Source: Isurus oxyrinchus (Eukaryota). Taken from it: a stretch of 64,000 nt of DNA. The stretch spans positions 4,526,001-4,590,000 of the forward strand of contig JANJGN010000023.1 in the NCBI GenBank assembly GCA_026770705.1, in the 5' to 3' direction. Below, piece after piece: positions 51,982 to 64,000 of the stretch. Every line of letters begins with the position of its first letter. Positions within the stretch are counted from its first letter, which is position 1. Position numbers and translations under genes: made by a program. Below the pieces are notes generated by a model. That model did not search any database, was not told the DNA's origin, and was given only the letters and a program-made list of their open reading frames with translations.

Positions 51982-52572
51982 CTGAAACAAAAAAAAAATT
52001 AATCATTCAATTCTCAATCAATGTTCGATAAACACAAGAATTCTGAAATGGTCAATTCTTCTCCAGCATGTTTGACTTCCAAAATAAACCACTAATAAGT
52101 TTCTTGAGAGCTCATCCAGCCACCTTGTACTGCAGATTCCATTTAGGAACAGGTTTTCAAATAAAGAGGGAATCAAAATCTACTTTCTATGGACACCTGC
52201 CATGTTGCCCAAATTGTTTGGATACAAGCTATTTCATGGCATGCATGTCCAGATTCCTCATTTAAAGAATCACCATTTGGAAATGAAGTAGTTTCCACAG
52301 TGTACCAACATACACAGCACAAAGACAGAAGGAATGGTTTAGAATTTTAAACTATTAAAAGTTTGAAATAAAATCCAGCAAAAAATTCTGCAAATGCACC
52401 AAACTGAAGAGAGAAGAGATTGTTTCAGGTGCTTGATATGAGTTTACAAAATTAATTTTTAAATTTCTCGAGCTGAATTAATGTTTGCCACTGAATCCTG
52501 GTAGAATTGATCGCTGTGGGAGAGACTGGTTACTTGCTAGCCAGGTTTCAACGCACCAGTATAGTTCCGTAC

Positions 52573-52686
52573 CTTGGAGGTAGTAATCTTCTCCACTTCT
52601 AGTGCATAATCAAGGAGGGGAGTAGCTGGAAAATTCTGCTTCACAAAATCTTTTAGGATCTGCACCCTCATGTCTGGATTATTGAT
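52573..52686 (-). CDS. ACLY: ATP-citrate lyase exon
   Basis: [38 protein letters not shown], 114 nt. Confidence 0.95.
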
Positions 52687-53309
52687 CTGTGATCAGAAAG
52701 TTTGATTCATTAAACACCACATTCCAGTGATTTAAATGTGCATTACTTACAGGTATCTCTGTATTAGCTAATGGTGTTCCCAAAGTGACAGGCTGTCATT
52801 CCCAGCATATATTTTCATGATTACTGAAACTCTCATCACTTTTTTGTTACCTCTATATGTAACTATTCCAATGCACTCTTGAACAGCTCTGATGAACATA
52901 AACACCACTGGCAGTACCCAAACCACAGCCGTGAACCCCAGAAACTCAAGACCTGCACTTACACTCCACACTCAGTGGATATCCTGTTTCAATTAGCAAA
53001 GGGCTGTTCTTTGATAAACCCCAAATCAGTTCACTAAGATCAATCAACAAAACAAGATATACGCAAACTATTGGGATTTCATTTATACATGTCCGCTGAA
53101 GTTCAATGATACGGACTCAAGTCAAAAAATACTTTGGACACTCATGGGAACAGTACAGCTCATTATTTGCATGGGGGGGGCAAGTATTAAATAGATGCAA
53201 GTTTCACCAATTACCCTTAATGACGTACAGTCCCAAACAGCACAAAATGAATTGTTGGTATGGTGGTTATAGAACAGTGGTGTCCAATATTGAAGTAGTA
53301 CAGCATGGA

Positions 53310-53542
53310 AAACAAAAACAGAATTACCTGGAAAAACTCAGCAGGTCTGGCAGCATCGGCGGAGAAGAAAAGAGTTGACGTTTCGAGTCCTCATGACCCT
53401 TCGACAGAACTTCTGTCGAAGGGTCATGAGGACTCGAAACGTCAACTCTTTTCTTCTCCGCTGATGCTGCCAGACCTGCTGAGTTTTTCCAGGTAATTCT
53501 GTTTTTGTTTTGGATTTCCAGCATCTGCAGTTTTTTTGTTTT
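53310..53542 (+). mobile_element. Penelope-type palindromic insertion with hammerhead-like core
   Basis: ~100-bp near-perfect inverted arms centred on ~53410; 14-bp TSD tagtacagcatgga (53296-53309 / 53543-53556). Confidence 0.9.
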
Positions 53543-54277
53543 TAGTACAGCATGGACTTGTGTCTCAGTAGCAGACAACTCTTTGCTCCTCTGACATCTA
53601 GTGGCTGGTTACAGAACAGCAGTAGAACAGCCAGGATTGTACCTCCCAGCCAGTCACTTTCATGAGGGGAAGGCAAAAGCATTACATTTCCTTTTAATAA
53701 TGTTCACAGAATAATTGCAGTCACTCTAAGACTACATTTCTCAGTTTTGCAAATATTCACTACTGCATCCTTTAAAGGAAGGGTCACAGAAATGTAAGTC
53801 ACCAAGCATTAAAAGTACATTTCAGCTGGCCTGACCAGTAAGCCCAGGTGAGGAGTCCTCACACTGCATCAACATACCCTTTCCTTCACTGAGCAATAAA
53901 TAGCAACAACAGGCTTGTCATCATGTTCATGTGAGCAGCATGAGGCTAAGGTAGTATGTTAAAAAAAATTGAAGCTCAGACTGTTTCTCCTGAATTGAAC
54001 TCCTGGCCATTCCAAAAATGCTTCAACAAGCGCCGAGAGGCATTTTTCACACAGAAACCAAGACAGTGAGTGGCATTGTGCTATTTTATCACAGAAGGCT
54101 TCACAGCTAAGCTAATCCTAACCTCACATGAAAACATGTACCAGCAGACAGAGACACACTAAATGCAATTCTTTCTTTAAGGCTCAGAACCAAGATTCAG
54201 TTCCGTTGTTTTGTCTCTGGTACTGTAAACAGCAAAAGTGCACTGACGAACCAAAGTTAAACAGCGTTGGGACTCAC

Positions 54278-54421
54278 CGACTTCACCCTGTGCCCAATTC
54301 CCATGATCAGCTTCCCTTCTTTTTTCATCTTATTGACAAAGTCCATCGCAATGAGGCTGCTGTCAAAGGCTTTGCTGAACTGCTTGGCAGCTGCATCTAA
54401 AGCACCTCCAAATCGATCCCC
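54278..54421 (-). CDS. ACLY: ATP-citrate lyase exon
   Basis: [20 protein letters not shown]...GIGHRVKS, 144 nt. Confidence 0.95.
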
Positions 54422-55961
54422 CTGTGAAAACAGACACATGCGGCACAGGAGATATATCAGTAATCTGGGAATATCGATTTCTGCATTAGGACTCTGCAGA
54501 GTAACTGTTACTAAACTAATGAAAAAAGTACTACTTGTAATGTTTACACAGCAAACACGCAAAAACACGGTCGCCAAAATGTTTGAACTTTAGCCTTGTG
54601 CTGACAACATTCCAAAAGGCAACATTCCAGTATATGATGCTCAATGGGGTCACACACAGTTCTTCTTTGACAAGGCTCAGTGCCAATGAAGCCACAAGGC
54701 CGTTTTCTTGTCTTTGGTACAGGATGCAACACAACTGCAGCGACTTGCTAAAGTTAAACTATGCTGAAATTTACTGACTTTGCCTGATGGCCAATATATT
54801 ATGGTGTTAGGGGGAAGCATGTATAAATGGGCTCACATACATGTACAGATAATATGCGTGGTGGGTGTGAATATTTTGCATCTGACATTACAATATCAGG
54901 TACAGAAGGCTAGCCACTTGAACCAGTGGAGCTTAAAGATTTTGCCATTATTAACATTGAGTTTGAATGGCTTTCGAAAAGATCATAATTTCTCTTTTGT
55001 TCTCCCTGGTGATACACACAATTCTTTAGCATCACTTCTTAGAAGAAAGAAAAATAATTTAAAAAAACTGCTCCTGTGCCTAAACAGTGTTAATAGAATC
55101 TGTTATCTCTTGTAAGCAACCAGGGCTTATTTGCTCACCGATTTAAATCCACCCATGGTACAATCACAGGACAGGATTTGCATCAGCACAACTTGTTAGC
55201 TTGAAGCACGACTGCTTGCCTGGACACTAACACATGGTTGCCCAATTGCTGATCTGGGGGTCATTGGAAGCATATTCAAGGCCATGGACTTGCCTGTTGA
55301 TAACCAGTACAAACAACATCCCCAATTCCCTGTACTCCCAGCTCTCAGTTGCAGCTGAAAAAAAAGGGTTCACTGATTGTAGAGGAGAGGGTGTACAGTT
55401 AGGAAGAGTCGCATGTAAATGGGTACACGGGGCTTTTAAAAGGTATTCTAGGTGATGCGGGGATTGTGAGGCAGGGGGAGTAAATAAAAATTGCTAAGAG
55501 AAACAAAGACTATTACAGTAATATTGATGGCCCTCTTGGAGTAATTTAATACAAATCAGTACTTCCTATTTCACAATGCACAATATGAAAAACAAATTTA
55601 TCAGCCTGGAAGACAGGTTTCCCTGGACTAGTTGTCAGTACAAAACATCATTATCCTGCTCAGTAATCTGGCACATTCTTACTAACTGGCAGGGATGCAG
55701 CTATAGCTTTGGGTGAAAATTTAAGTCACTGAAGGAGTTGACAAAACACAGGTACAGTTAACTCTCACTGCAAATGTTCAGGTGCGCACTGGCACCAACC
55801 TCATGAAACACAGACCTGCCACAATTTAAAAAAACTAACTTCTGTACCAGCTGGTTGTAAAAACAGAAAAGCGAAGCAGAACTGAGGACATGCAGATTAA
55901 AAATGTACAATCCACATTCTATTGATTAGCATCAAGATAAATGCACTCTGCATAAACTCAC

Positions 55962-56112
55962 AATAGTGAGGAGACCAGATGTGAGGCTGGAGATGAGGTC
56001 TTTTCCTGCTCGGGCACAGACAATGGTGTTGTGAGCTCCAGAGACAGCTGGACCATGGTCTGCTGTTACCATCAGGCACATCTCGATAAAATGGCATGCA
56101 TGTTTTGGCAAC
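55962..56112 (-). CDS. ACLY: ATP-citrate lyase exon
   Basis: [29 protein letters not shown]...GLLTI, 151 nt. Confidence 0.95.
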
Positions 56113-56554
56113 CTTGGAGAGAAGGGAGAGAATAACTTCACATGGAAACAAGGAAATAAACATTTATCTAACCCAACTTCAACTATTGGGTTATTTGGGA
56201 TCTGGACAGCAACTCTAAACTGAAATGTTTTATAAGTTTCGGAACTTAACTTTTTCACAGTGATGATTTGTGGATTAATATCTGTCATTTTACTTCTATG
56301 GTTTTCTTTTTAAAATTCCCACTTTTCCCCACTTGGTGGTCTCTAATCAGTGCCATCTTTCACCTTAACACATTCTGCCCTGAAGACAGGTATAACAGAA
56401 TGATGCAGAAGAAACCATTTAGCATTTGAAATATTGTGTTGGATCTCTAGATTATCGAGGGTTATCGCTCACCCCAATTAGTCATTCTCTTTTCAATATT
56501 GGTGTCACAAACTAGGCAAATGTTCACTTTTGCCAGGTGGCCCCAGTATTTTCC

Positions 56555-56690
56555 AGTCCTGTTGAAGAGTCATACGGACTCGAAATGTTAACTGTGTTCC
56601 TCTCCGCAGATGCTGTCAGACCTGCTGAGTTTTTCCAGCTATTTCTGTTTTTGTTTCAGATTTCCAGCATCCACAGTATTTTGCTTTTAT
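56555..56690 (+). mobile_element. Single-arm Penelope-type insertion starting at the hammerhead-like core
   Basis: 13-bp TSD cccagtattttcc (56542-56554 / 56691-56703). Confidence 0.85.
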
Positions 56691-56882
56691 CCCAGTATTT
56701 TCCTGTTTATAGATGCACAAAGTTGCATTTCAACTATTGTAAGTGTCATTCAGGAAGTTTCCCATCACTCCCATTTGTCTTGTTCTATCCAATCTTGTGA
56801 GAACAACTTGAGATGGGCAATAAATATGTTCTAGTCAGTATCAAACAATATTGCTGCCAGGTGGAATAGGTTCACATCTCAC

Positions 56883-57037
56883 CTCCTCTGGAACCAGAGC
56901 AAGCCCAGGACACCTCCTAGGCCCATGTCCTCCTTGAAGATTTCAGTGATGGGCATTCCGGCATAAATGAGCTCTTGACCCCTCTCGTCACAGATACTGG
57001 TCATGAAGGAAGCTGGTTTTCGGATTAGACCTAACTC
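56883..57037 (-). CDS. ACLY: ATP-citrate lyase exon
   Basis: [30 protein letters not shown]...LLWFQR, 155 nt. Confidence 0.95.
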
Positions 57038-57529
57038 CTGTGATACGTGTGTAAAACAAGTACAGAAAATCAGAACAATTATTTAGTTTGGGCTGCCTAG
57101 ACAAAAAAATTCTCATCTGGCTGCTAGAGTTCTTTTTTTTTTAAATAAAAGAATTCCTTAACTCAATTGGGATCAAAAATACCCAGTCAACAAAAATTCC
57201 CAGTCAGTGTAAGTTTGCTTTGGGAGATGGATTTCAAGGAATGTTTGAATAAAGAAAAAGCCATAATTTTGTATAACTCTTAAAGAAAACTTTTCAAATT
57301 GATCAATGTGGAGTTTTTGGGGATCAGCAAGTCATTGGATTTCTGTCCACCTAGGACTGGACCACATTTATCAGCAGCAACAACAGGAATCACCAGCCAG
57401 CAAATTAAATACAGACTACAATGAACAGTCTCAAGATTCTGTTTTCTATAGTTTTGAATATAATTTTCTGCAAACAGGTCGCTAACGCTCTTTTGGAGGT
57501 TAAATTTCACAGTCATTACAAATATTTTA

Positions 57530-58535
57530 AAGGTGATGATTATCTAGCTCAAGTTAATATTTTAGATGTAATTTTAAGTTCTGGGAAGATTAAGCTTTAA
57601 CTGTAGAAAATGGGATAAATGCAACTAAAACAGCTTGGAGTCTATTACACTTAAAGGGGCGACGTTGACTTTAAGAGGTTAACAGCTAGAAAGGAAAGAT
57701 CCTAAGGCAAGAGGTGGGCTTAGTCAGCTATTTGTAATGAAGTACAGTTCAGAGAGATGTGTTTTGGTTTGGGAGCTGGAGCTAAGCTAAATGAGATCAG
57801 TGGAGCTTAAGAAGGTTCTCTGGCTTCAATTTATCTGTGTGTTTGGTGGGGGAGGGGTATTTGGTCCTCATGTGGTTTGTGGCTCACAGAGAAGTCCCGA
57901 GAGAAGCTTAGTGCAGTTCGGGCTCAGGAGAAGTCCTGGGGGGCTGAGACAGTGGCGGAAGGTCATTGGTTCTGTGTTGGAGACAGCACGAGCTCAGGGA
58001 AGCCCAGGGAACCATTTATAGCTCGGGGCAGCTGGGAGAACTGGAGTTCGGAGAAACTCAGGGGCAGTGCTAGCTAAGTGAAGCTAGCTGTCTGTGAATG
58101 AGCTGGGACTGTGCTGGTAATCAGAGGCAAGAATGCAGCTTTACGAATCCCATGGAACACAGTCTCAGGTGAAGAGATTGAACCACTGTTGAGGCAATCT
58201 GAGTCAAAATGGCTTTCGAGGGAATTCAGAGGCTAGATCTTCAAAAGTGAAGAGTTGAAATCCTTTGTGAGGGAGACAGTTTTCATGAGATTGACTCAGT
58301 GGTCACTGATATCTGGGTGGATTGCTGAGAAATCCATGGGACCTGTCTTGGCTGCATCTTCCACTTAATATGCAGTGCGGTTTGCTTGACCACAGTTTGC
58401 CTGTTAATTCTGAATGTTAGAGTGTAAGATAGTTATTATAGATTGTAAAGTTTATTTTGTTTAAAGCCTCAAGATTCCAGTTTTATTTTAAACTGTGCCT
58501 ACTTTAAACAAAAAGTCCCTAACTGGATCGTAACA
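57530..58535 (+). mobile_element. Possible old solo LTR in an ACLY intron
   Basis: ~1 kb compositionally distinct block ending ...gatcgtaaca like the other LTRs here; left terminus and TSD not identified. Confidence 0.4.
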
Positions 58536-58613
58536 AACATCACATTAATAAAGTAGAGAAGCAGCAGAGTAAAAGTTTCCAAACTAGAGTTGCTGGATGT
58601 GTTGGCTACTTAC

Positions 58614-58707
58614 CCTTGCCCAGGAATAGTCCATTGGCACTGTTGGAGGAGGAACTTCTTGTGCAGGTACGATCACGTTTTTAGCAACAAGGTCATCATA
58701 AACAGTC
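58614..58707 (-). CDS. ACLY: ATP-citrate lyase exon
   Basis: [31 protein letters not shown], 94 nt. Confidence 0.95.
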
Positions 58708-59080
58708 CTATCAAATTGAAGAGATTTCTCAAACTGTAGTACTTGAGAACATTGTGATGGCATTCAATGGGTTAAACAGCTCAGCTCACTCTCAACCAGC
58801 TAGCTACTCTACAATCACTAATGCCACAAGTGCTTAAAAAGGCCTGTCCACTCAATCTTTTCTTTTCAGAATACCAACCCTAACCTCTCCCTATTACAAC
58901 ACCAGTTGAGTCCAGTCTCTTGGCCTCATACACCCTTCACCAGTAACCCATCTCCAACTATTGGACTGCCCTTGGTGCAAAGAAATAATTCCAAATATAC
59001 GTCCTAAATTTGCCCTTGGCATCTCTGGACCTCCATCCCTTTTCTCAATGCCCCAGTATGTCTGTAAATGACAGTCTTAC

Positions 59081-59208
59081 TTGATGATCTCTCCCAACTC
59101 ATCAAAGTTCCTTGGCACAATGGCCCCAATCTCTCTCAGGGCCTGGTTCTTGGCTACCGCTGTTTCAGAATTTTCATTAGCACAGGCACCAGCGTGGCCA
59201 AACTGCAC
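59081..59208 (-). CDS. ACLY: ATP-citrate lyase exon containing the catalytic phospho-histidine
   Basis: [26 protein letters not shown]...FDELGEII, 128 nt. Confidence 0.96.
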
Positions 59209-59872
59209 CTACACGGAGGGAGAAAAATAACAAAGTACCTGTTACCTGGACAAGAAACAAGAATTCCCACCACGCGCAATATTAAACCATTAAACCCCTT
59301 CAAATCAGATTTATCTCTGGCCACAGCCAGCATTCTATGAACTTGCTTTGTATATTGCTGGCATTTCTGCATGTTTTAGAAAGCCTATTTACTAGCTACA
59401 TGTTTGCATCTTGCTACAGGAGGCTTTTTTCCACCCCTGCGAACATTTATGCTCATTAAGGTCAGGGAATGTTCCTGATGAAAAATGAGGATATTTACCA
59501 ATCTCAGGATCTGAGTCAGCATCAAACATTCAAAGGTTAAAGTCTGAAGGAGTAAAACTTCTACTACTACACTCCACAAAGGAAGTCAGGTACACCAGAG
59601 ACAGTTAAAGCTCACTCTACCATGCGCCAAACACCAGGGTAGCCCAGAATGCATCTTCTACTATTCATGTGATTGTGACTCTCAACTTGGTGCTAATTTT
59701 GGGCTTTGGGCCAATAACTATATGGATCTAGGTTGACAAAGTCTCATCACATAGGATATTATAAAAGAGTTTTCATCTCAACCATCTGGGCTGGATTTGA
59801 ACACAGGTCAACTTTTTTGTTTTAAAAAGATGCTTCACAGTAGGTTATCTGAAATGACTAATACACACTCAC

Positions 59873-59983
59873 CTCAGAGGCAAACATAGTTGCACAAGTC
59901 CCAATGCACCAGATGACAACAGGCTTTGTAATTCGTCCTTCCTTAATGCCTGAGCAGATCTTGTACTCCTCAGTTCCACCAAT
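59873..59983 (-). CDS. ACLY: ATP-citrate lyase exon
   Basis: [37 protein letters not shown], 111 nt. Confidence 0.95.
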
Positions 59984-60194
59984 CTACAGAGAGATTTAGG
60001 TTAGATTGCTCTCTTGCTTGCCTCAGTTAATCCTTCAACTAGGATGTGCAGTGTTAAAATTCTTGTATTCTGTTTTTAAACCTTTCAATCACTGGATACA
60101 CAACTCCCAGTGATAGTGTCACCAGGCATTAGTGTGTGGATAAGAGTTGGGGCTGGTGTCCAACTCCCCAGTTTTACAGACATAGAATATTAGT

Positions 60195-60510
60195 GGCAGT
60201 GCTCACTCCTGAGTCAGAAGGTCCCACTTCAGGTCTTAAACATCTAGGCTGACACTTCAGTGATAAGTGATGGGTTGTCAGGAATAGGGATCTACTGGAG
60301 ATGCTAAACCAAGGCCAATCTGCCTTCTCTGGTCAGCAAGGCACTATTTATTCTGCCAATACACCAATAAATGAAATGAACTGGTCTTAGTGCTGTTTGT
60401 GGAATCTTGCTGTACACAATATGACTGCCATGTTTTCCCAAAAATAGCAACTGCGCTTCAAAAGTAATTTGTTGGCTGTGAAGTGACATTTCATCCTGAA
60501 GATGTGAAAT
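60195..60510 (+). mobile_element. Deu-SINE remnant
   Basis: ctgagtcagaagg...ctgacacttcagt...gctaaaccaaggcc...tgctgtttgtggaatcttgctgt...cttcaaaagtaatttgttggctgtgaag. Confidence 0.6.
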
Positions 60511-61040
60511 TCTCCATTTCACAGGTTTCATTTTCCTTTCGGTCCAAATTCACAAAACTATTAGAAAATATGTTACCCTTTATAAATCAATATTTCCAAA
60601 ATGCTGGGGGATTTGGTTTCAGTGCATCTTGTAAAAACTTTCCCACTTTCTCCAATCTCCCCTTCCCATTGACCCCACCAAAAAAAGAAATTAAAAGTGA
60701 AGAAAATGAAAATATGAGAATCAGATTTTTAAAAGAGACTTATAATTTTCCTTAGTGTGTAAAAAATAAAGAAAAATCGCAAAGGTCTAAAGTAGATAAA
60801 TAAAAGTATTGCTTCATCAGAAAGCAAAATATTCTCCTAAAATAGAGTATCATATCCTATAACCCAAACATCAGCTCTGCCACAACTGATGTACCATTGC
60901 CCAATAGCAATCACACAGTAATTACCAGCAAGACCTTCGTTCCCTTACTAACAAGAAACAATTGACAACAGTGTAGGTAGCCAGCGAAGAATTGGAACAT
61001 CGCCTCAGGACTTAAACCAATGACACCCGGAGCCACTCAC

Positions 61041-61122
61041 CTCTCCAAGGACAACAATCATCTTAACTCCTGGTGTGTCCTGGTAACGCAAGACATGGTC
61101 CATGAATGTAGATCCTGGGTAC
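61041..61122 (-). CDS. ACLY: ATP-citrate lyase exon
   Basis: [27 protein letters not shown], 82 nt. Confidence 0.95.
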
Positions 61123-61313
61123 CTGGTGAGGGGAGGGAAATAGCATCCTTTGTCATTTTTCCATGTTAATATTTACTCAATGCAAGAGATATTTTTCAAT
61201 TGTTAATAGTTTTGAAAGAGATTTAATTATAATCAAGGGTGTTTAAAAATGTGATGCAGTTGCAGGTGAAATGTAATCCTAGGAACTTACACAGTAAAGG
61301 CAGTGGCACCTAG

Positions 61314-61697
61314 CACATTGAACAGTGAGCTGAATGTCACATTCATGAACAGTGAGCTGAATGTCACATTCATGAACAGTGAGCTGAATGTCACATTCAT
61401 GTACAGTGAGCTGAATGTCACATTCATGTACAGTGAGCTGAATGTCACATTCATGAACATGGAGCTGAATGTCACATTCATGAACATGGAGCTGAATGTC
61501 ACATTCATGAACATGGAGCTGAATGTCACATTCATGAACATGGAGCTGAATGTCACATTCATGAGTATGGAGCTGAATATCACATTCATGAGTATGGAGC
61601 TGAATATCACATTCATGAGTATGGAGCTGAATATCACATTCATGAACATTGAGCCGAATATCACATTCATGAACATTGAGCCGAATATCACATTCAA
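61314..61697. repeat. 27-bp minisatellite, ~14 units, each with an internal palindrome
   Basis: Unit gagctgaatgtcacattcatgaacagt; tgaatgt-c-acattca is self-complementary. Confidence 0.95.
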
Positions 61698-62293
61698 ACA
61701 GAGGAATGGGAATATTTTACATTCTGCAGGCAGGTGGTGACTTTGTTTTATTAGTGAGGGTATTTGTCATTTGATGATGGATTTGGGGACCTTTTGCAAT
61801 TAAACTGTGACATTCACATTTTGTGGGGTAGATGAAGAAACTCAATTAATCAATGGGATGTCAGGCCAGATCACTTGCATTGGGCATCAGCAGGAGGCAG
61901 AAGTGGGTGAGGAGTGGGGGGCAGGGGTGGTGTGCGGTGAAGTACTGTCAACAGTAAGTACTGAAAGAACACTTAGTACATTGGCATGGCAAATTCAAGA
62001 GTCAGTTTTTACTCTGCTGCTGGACATCTTCCAGTGGTGAAAGTCTGCAACAATCCACTCATTGATTTTGGAAGTTAGTCAGTCAGTTAAATTATAAATG
62101 ACCTCATTTTTAATTAATTGAATGCCAATTTCACAGTAGCAGTATTAACAGAGAATATTTAATAGGCAGGCAGTAAGCTGCGATTCTACTGCAAGCTTTG
62201 ACTGCTGTCCCCACAGAAACCAGTTAGAGAGGGCCCTCAATGAGGGGATAATCCCACAGCTCTTCAAACAGCCATCCTGCCCACAGTTCTTAC

Positions 62294-62490
62294 CGATCTC
62301 CACCGATAGCAACCCCTTCATAAACACCATCGGTGGTTCTGGAGATAATGTTGTTGAGCTCATTAGACATTCCACCAGAGCGCGAGACATACGCCACGCT
62401 GCCAGGACGGTACAGCTTGGAGGCCAGGATGTTATCCAGCATTCCACCAGTGTTCCCAATCTTATAGCAGCCTGGCTTAATGCCACCCAC
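62294..62490 (-). CDS. ACLY: ATP-citrate lyase exon (gene continues beyond the window)
   Basis: [47 protein letters not shown]...GVAIGGD, 197 nt. Confidence 0.96.
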
Positions 62491-63549
62491 CTGAAAAACA
62501 CCCATTATGTAAACTATGAAATACAAGCTGGAGCCTGTTTTAAAAGAAAGCAGCACTTTCTCTACTCAAGTTTTATTTTCCTAACACATTGGGACTGATT
62601 CACGGAATGCAGCCCCAGAAGTACTCGCCAGCACTCAATCGCCAATTCCTCACGCAGGCCTAGGCAGCACGTGTTGGCCAGCTATTTGATCAAGAGGGAC
62701 GTCACCATCAAGTCCTCACCCAATGACTGCTCATGCAAATTTCACCAAGAGTTCCTGGACAGTGCTCAGGATCAGGAACCCTGGATGATTTTCCCCCTTG
62801 AGGTCACTTTGAATTCTTGCACTTTGAATGCTGCTTCAGCGGAAATCAGTTAGCTGCACAAAGATGTGAGATACACACAGGTACAAAGTAATGCCATTTT
62901 TATCGGGAGGCGACGGACTGCACCCAGGGTGTATGTCACTACTGTAATGAACATTGTCTGATGTGGCTGTAGAGGCCAATTTGACAGTGGCAGTCTCTTC
63001 TGCAGCTGGCACAGATGAATGCCACTGGCCCAAGGTCGACTGATGTTTTTCCATTTGAAACATACAAATGACTGTTTCTACAGTGATTCTACTCAAGTGA
63101 AGAACCATCAGGGAGATCAAAATATATTGAGAATATAAATTAAATGAAAAAAAAATTGAAAAAGCAACTGATGTGATTTAAGCAGTCTGTGTGAAGGAGC
63201 CAAACATGTCACTTAAATGTGAATGATCTTGTTGGGCTTTAAACCAGCATAGTAACATCATTTGACTCAGAAACATGAAGTCAGCTCTCTCCAGTGGGGT
63301 GACAAGTGTCCAAAAATATAATGGAAAAGGAGGATAAAACACAGCTGGATTACAAGTGCTGAAGTCTATAACCCTAGAAACCATTTCATACCATAGCCTA
63401 CTTAATGATGCAGACCCCTTTTTTCTATGTGCCATCTTAATTAATCTCCCCATACTTGTCTCATTCCCATCACCTTTTAACTTTCACCATTTATTCATTC
63501 TTGCATTCCGCTATCACGTAACTTTTAAAGCTGTTACACCTCTAACTCC

Positions 63550-63670
63550 CTTCAGTTTAGGTGAAAGCTCAATGGCCTGAAACTTTAGAGCTCTCCATAG
63601 ATGCGGCCTGACCTGGTGAGTATTTCCAGCATTTTCTAATTTTCTTTCAGGTCTCCAGCATTTTGCACTC
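63550..63670 (+). mobile_element. Highly degraded copy of the Penelope-type short element
   Basis: cctgaaac...ctccatagatgcggcctgacctggtgagtatttccagcatttt...ccagca. Confidence 0.55.
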
Positions 63671-64000
63671 GATTAATTTCCTGCTTAGTGTTCCAAGGAT
63701 ATTTGCAGCATTGACAGTCAGTGTCTGAATCTGGGGGTATGCTCTCTAGATCCGGGCAACCGCCCAGCACTGTTGTCAACTCAGTGGGGAAGCGCACTCA
63801 AGGGCAAGAGGCTGAGCCAGGGGTTGGAGAAGTGCCAAGTGTTACCCCTACCCACCAACCTGATCATAGCCTCAGGTTCCCCAGCTTAAGGGAAGTGGGG
63901 GTGGGGACAGGTAGTTCTTATTCACTCTCAACCCACCCAAAAGAGAACCTGCAGGCAGAGGAGAGTGAAGGTCAGTTTTAATTAGTTACCACCATCTACA

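Noticed and set aside
53305-53578. Near-identical ORFs on both strands (NKNRITWKNSAGLAASAEKK...)
   Set aside because: Consequence of the palindrome; non-coding mobile element. A pre-miRNA call was also rejected because the TSDs and multiple copies indicate a transposon origin.
54267-54593. 108-aa + strand ORF
   Set aside because: Antisense shadow of an ACLY exon.
61287-61740. MNSELNVTF / MNVTFSSMF repeat proteins
   Set aside because: Translation of the intronic 27-bp minisatellite.

Overview
Vertebrate genomic DNA, most likely from a cartilaginous fish (shark-type CR1 LINEs, Deu-domain SINEs and Penelope-type palindromes). It carries the conserved KLHL10(+)-KLHL11(-)-ACLY(-) block: the last two coding exons of KLHL10, the complete two-exon KLHL11 CDS (653 aa) and the last 12 coding exons of ATP-citrate lyase. 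All exon boundaries were checked for GT-AG and phase. Much of the intergenic and intronic DNA is retroelement debris, including a ~15 kb nest around a Gmr1-like Gypsy element (integrase before RT). The most unusual signals are: (i) short TSD-flanked, often palindromic insertions with a variant hammerhead-ribozyme-like core; (ii) an ORF1-less LINE whose 5' end is a tRNA-like Pol III head shared with SINEs that look like its deletion derivatives; (iii) two minisatellites bracketing KLHL11 exon 1 that amplify CCAAT (33-bp period) and CRE-like (38-bp period) motifs. Repeat boundaries are approximate unless a TSD is given.
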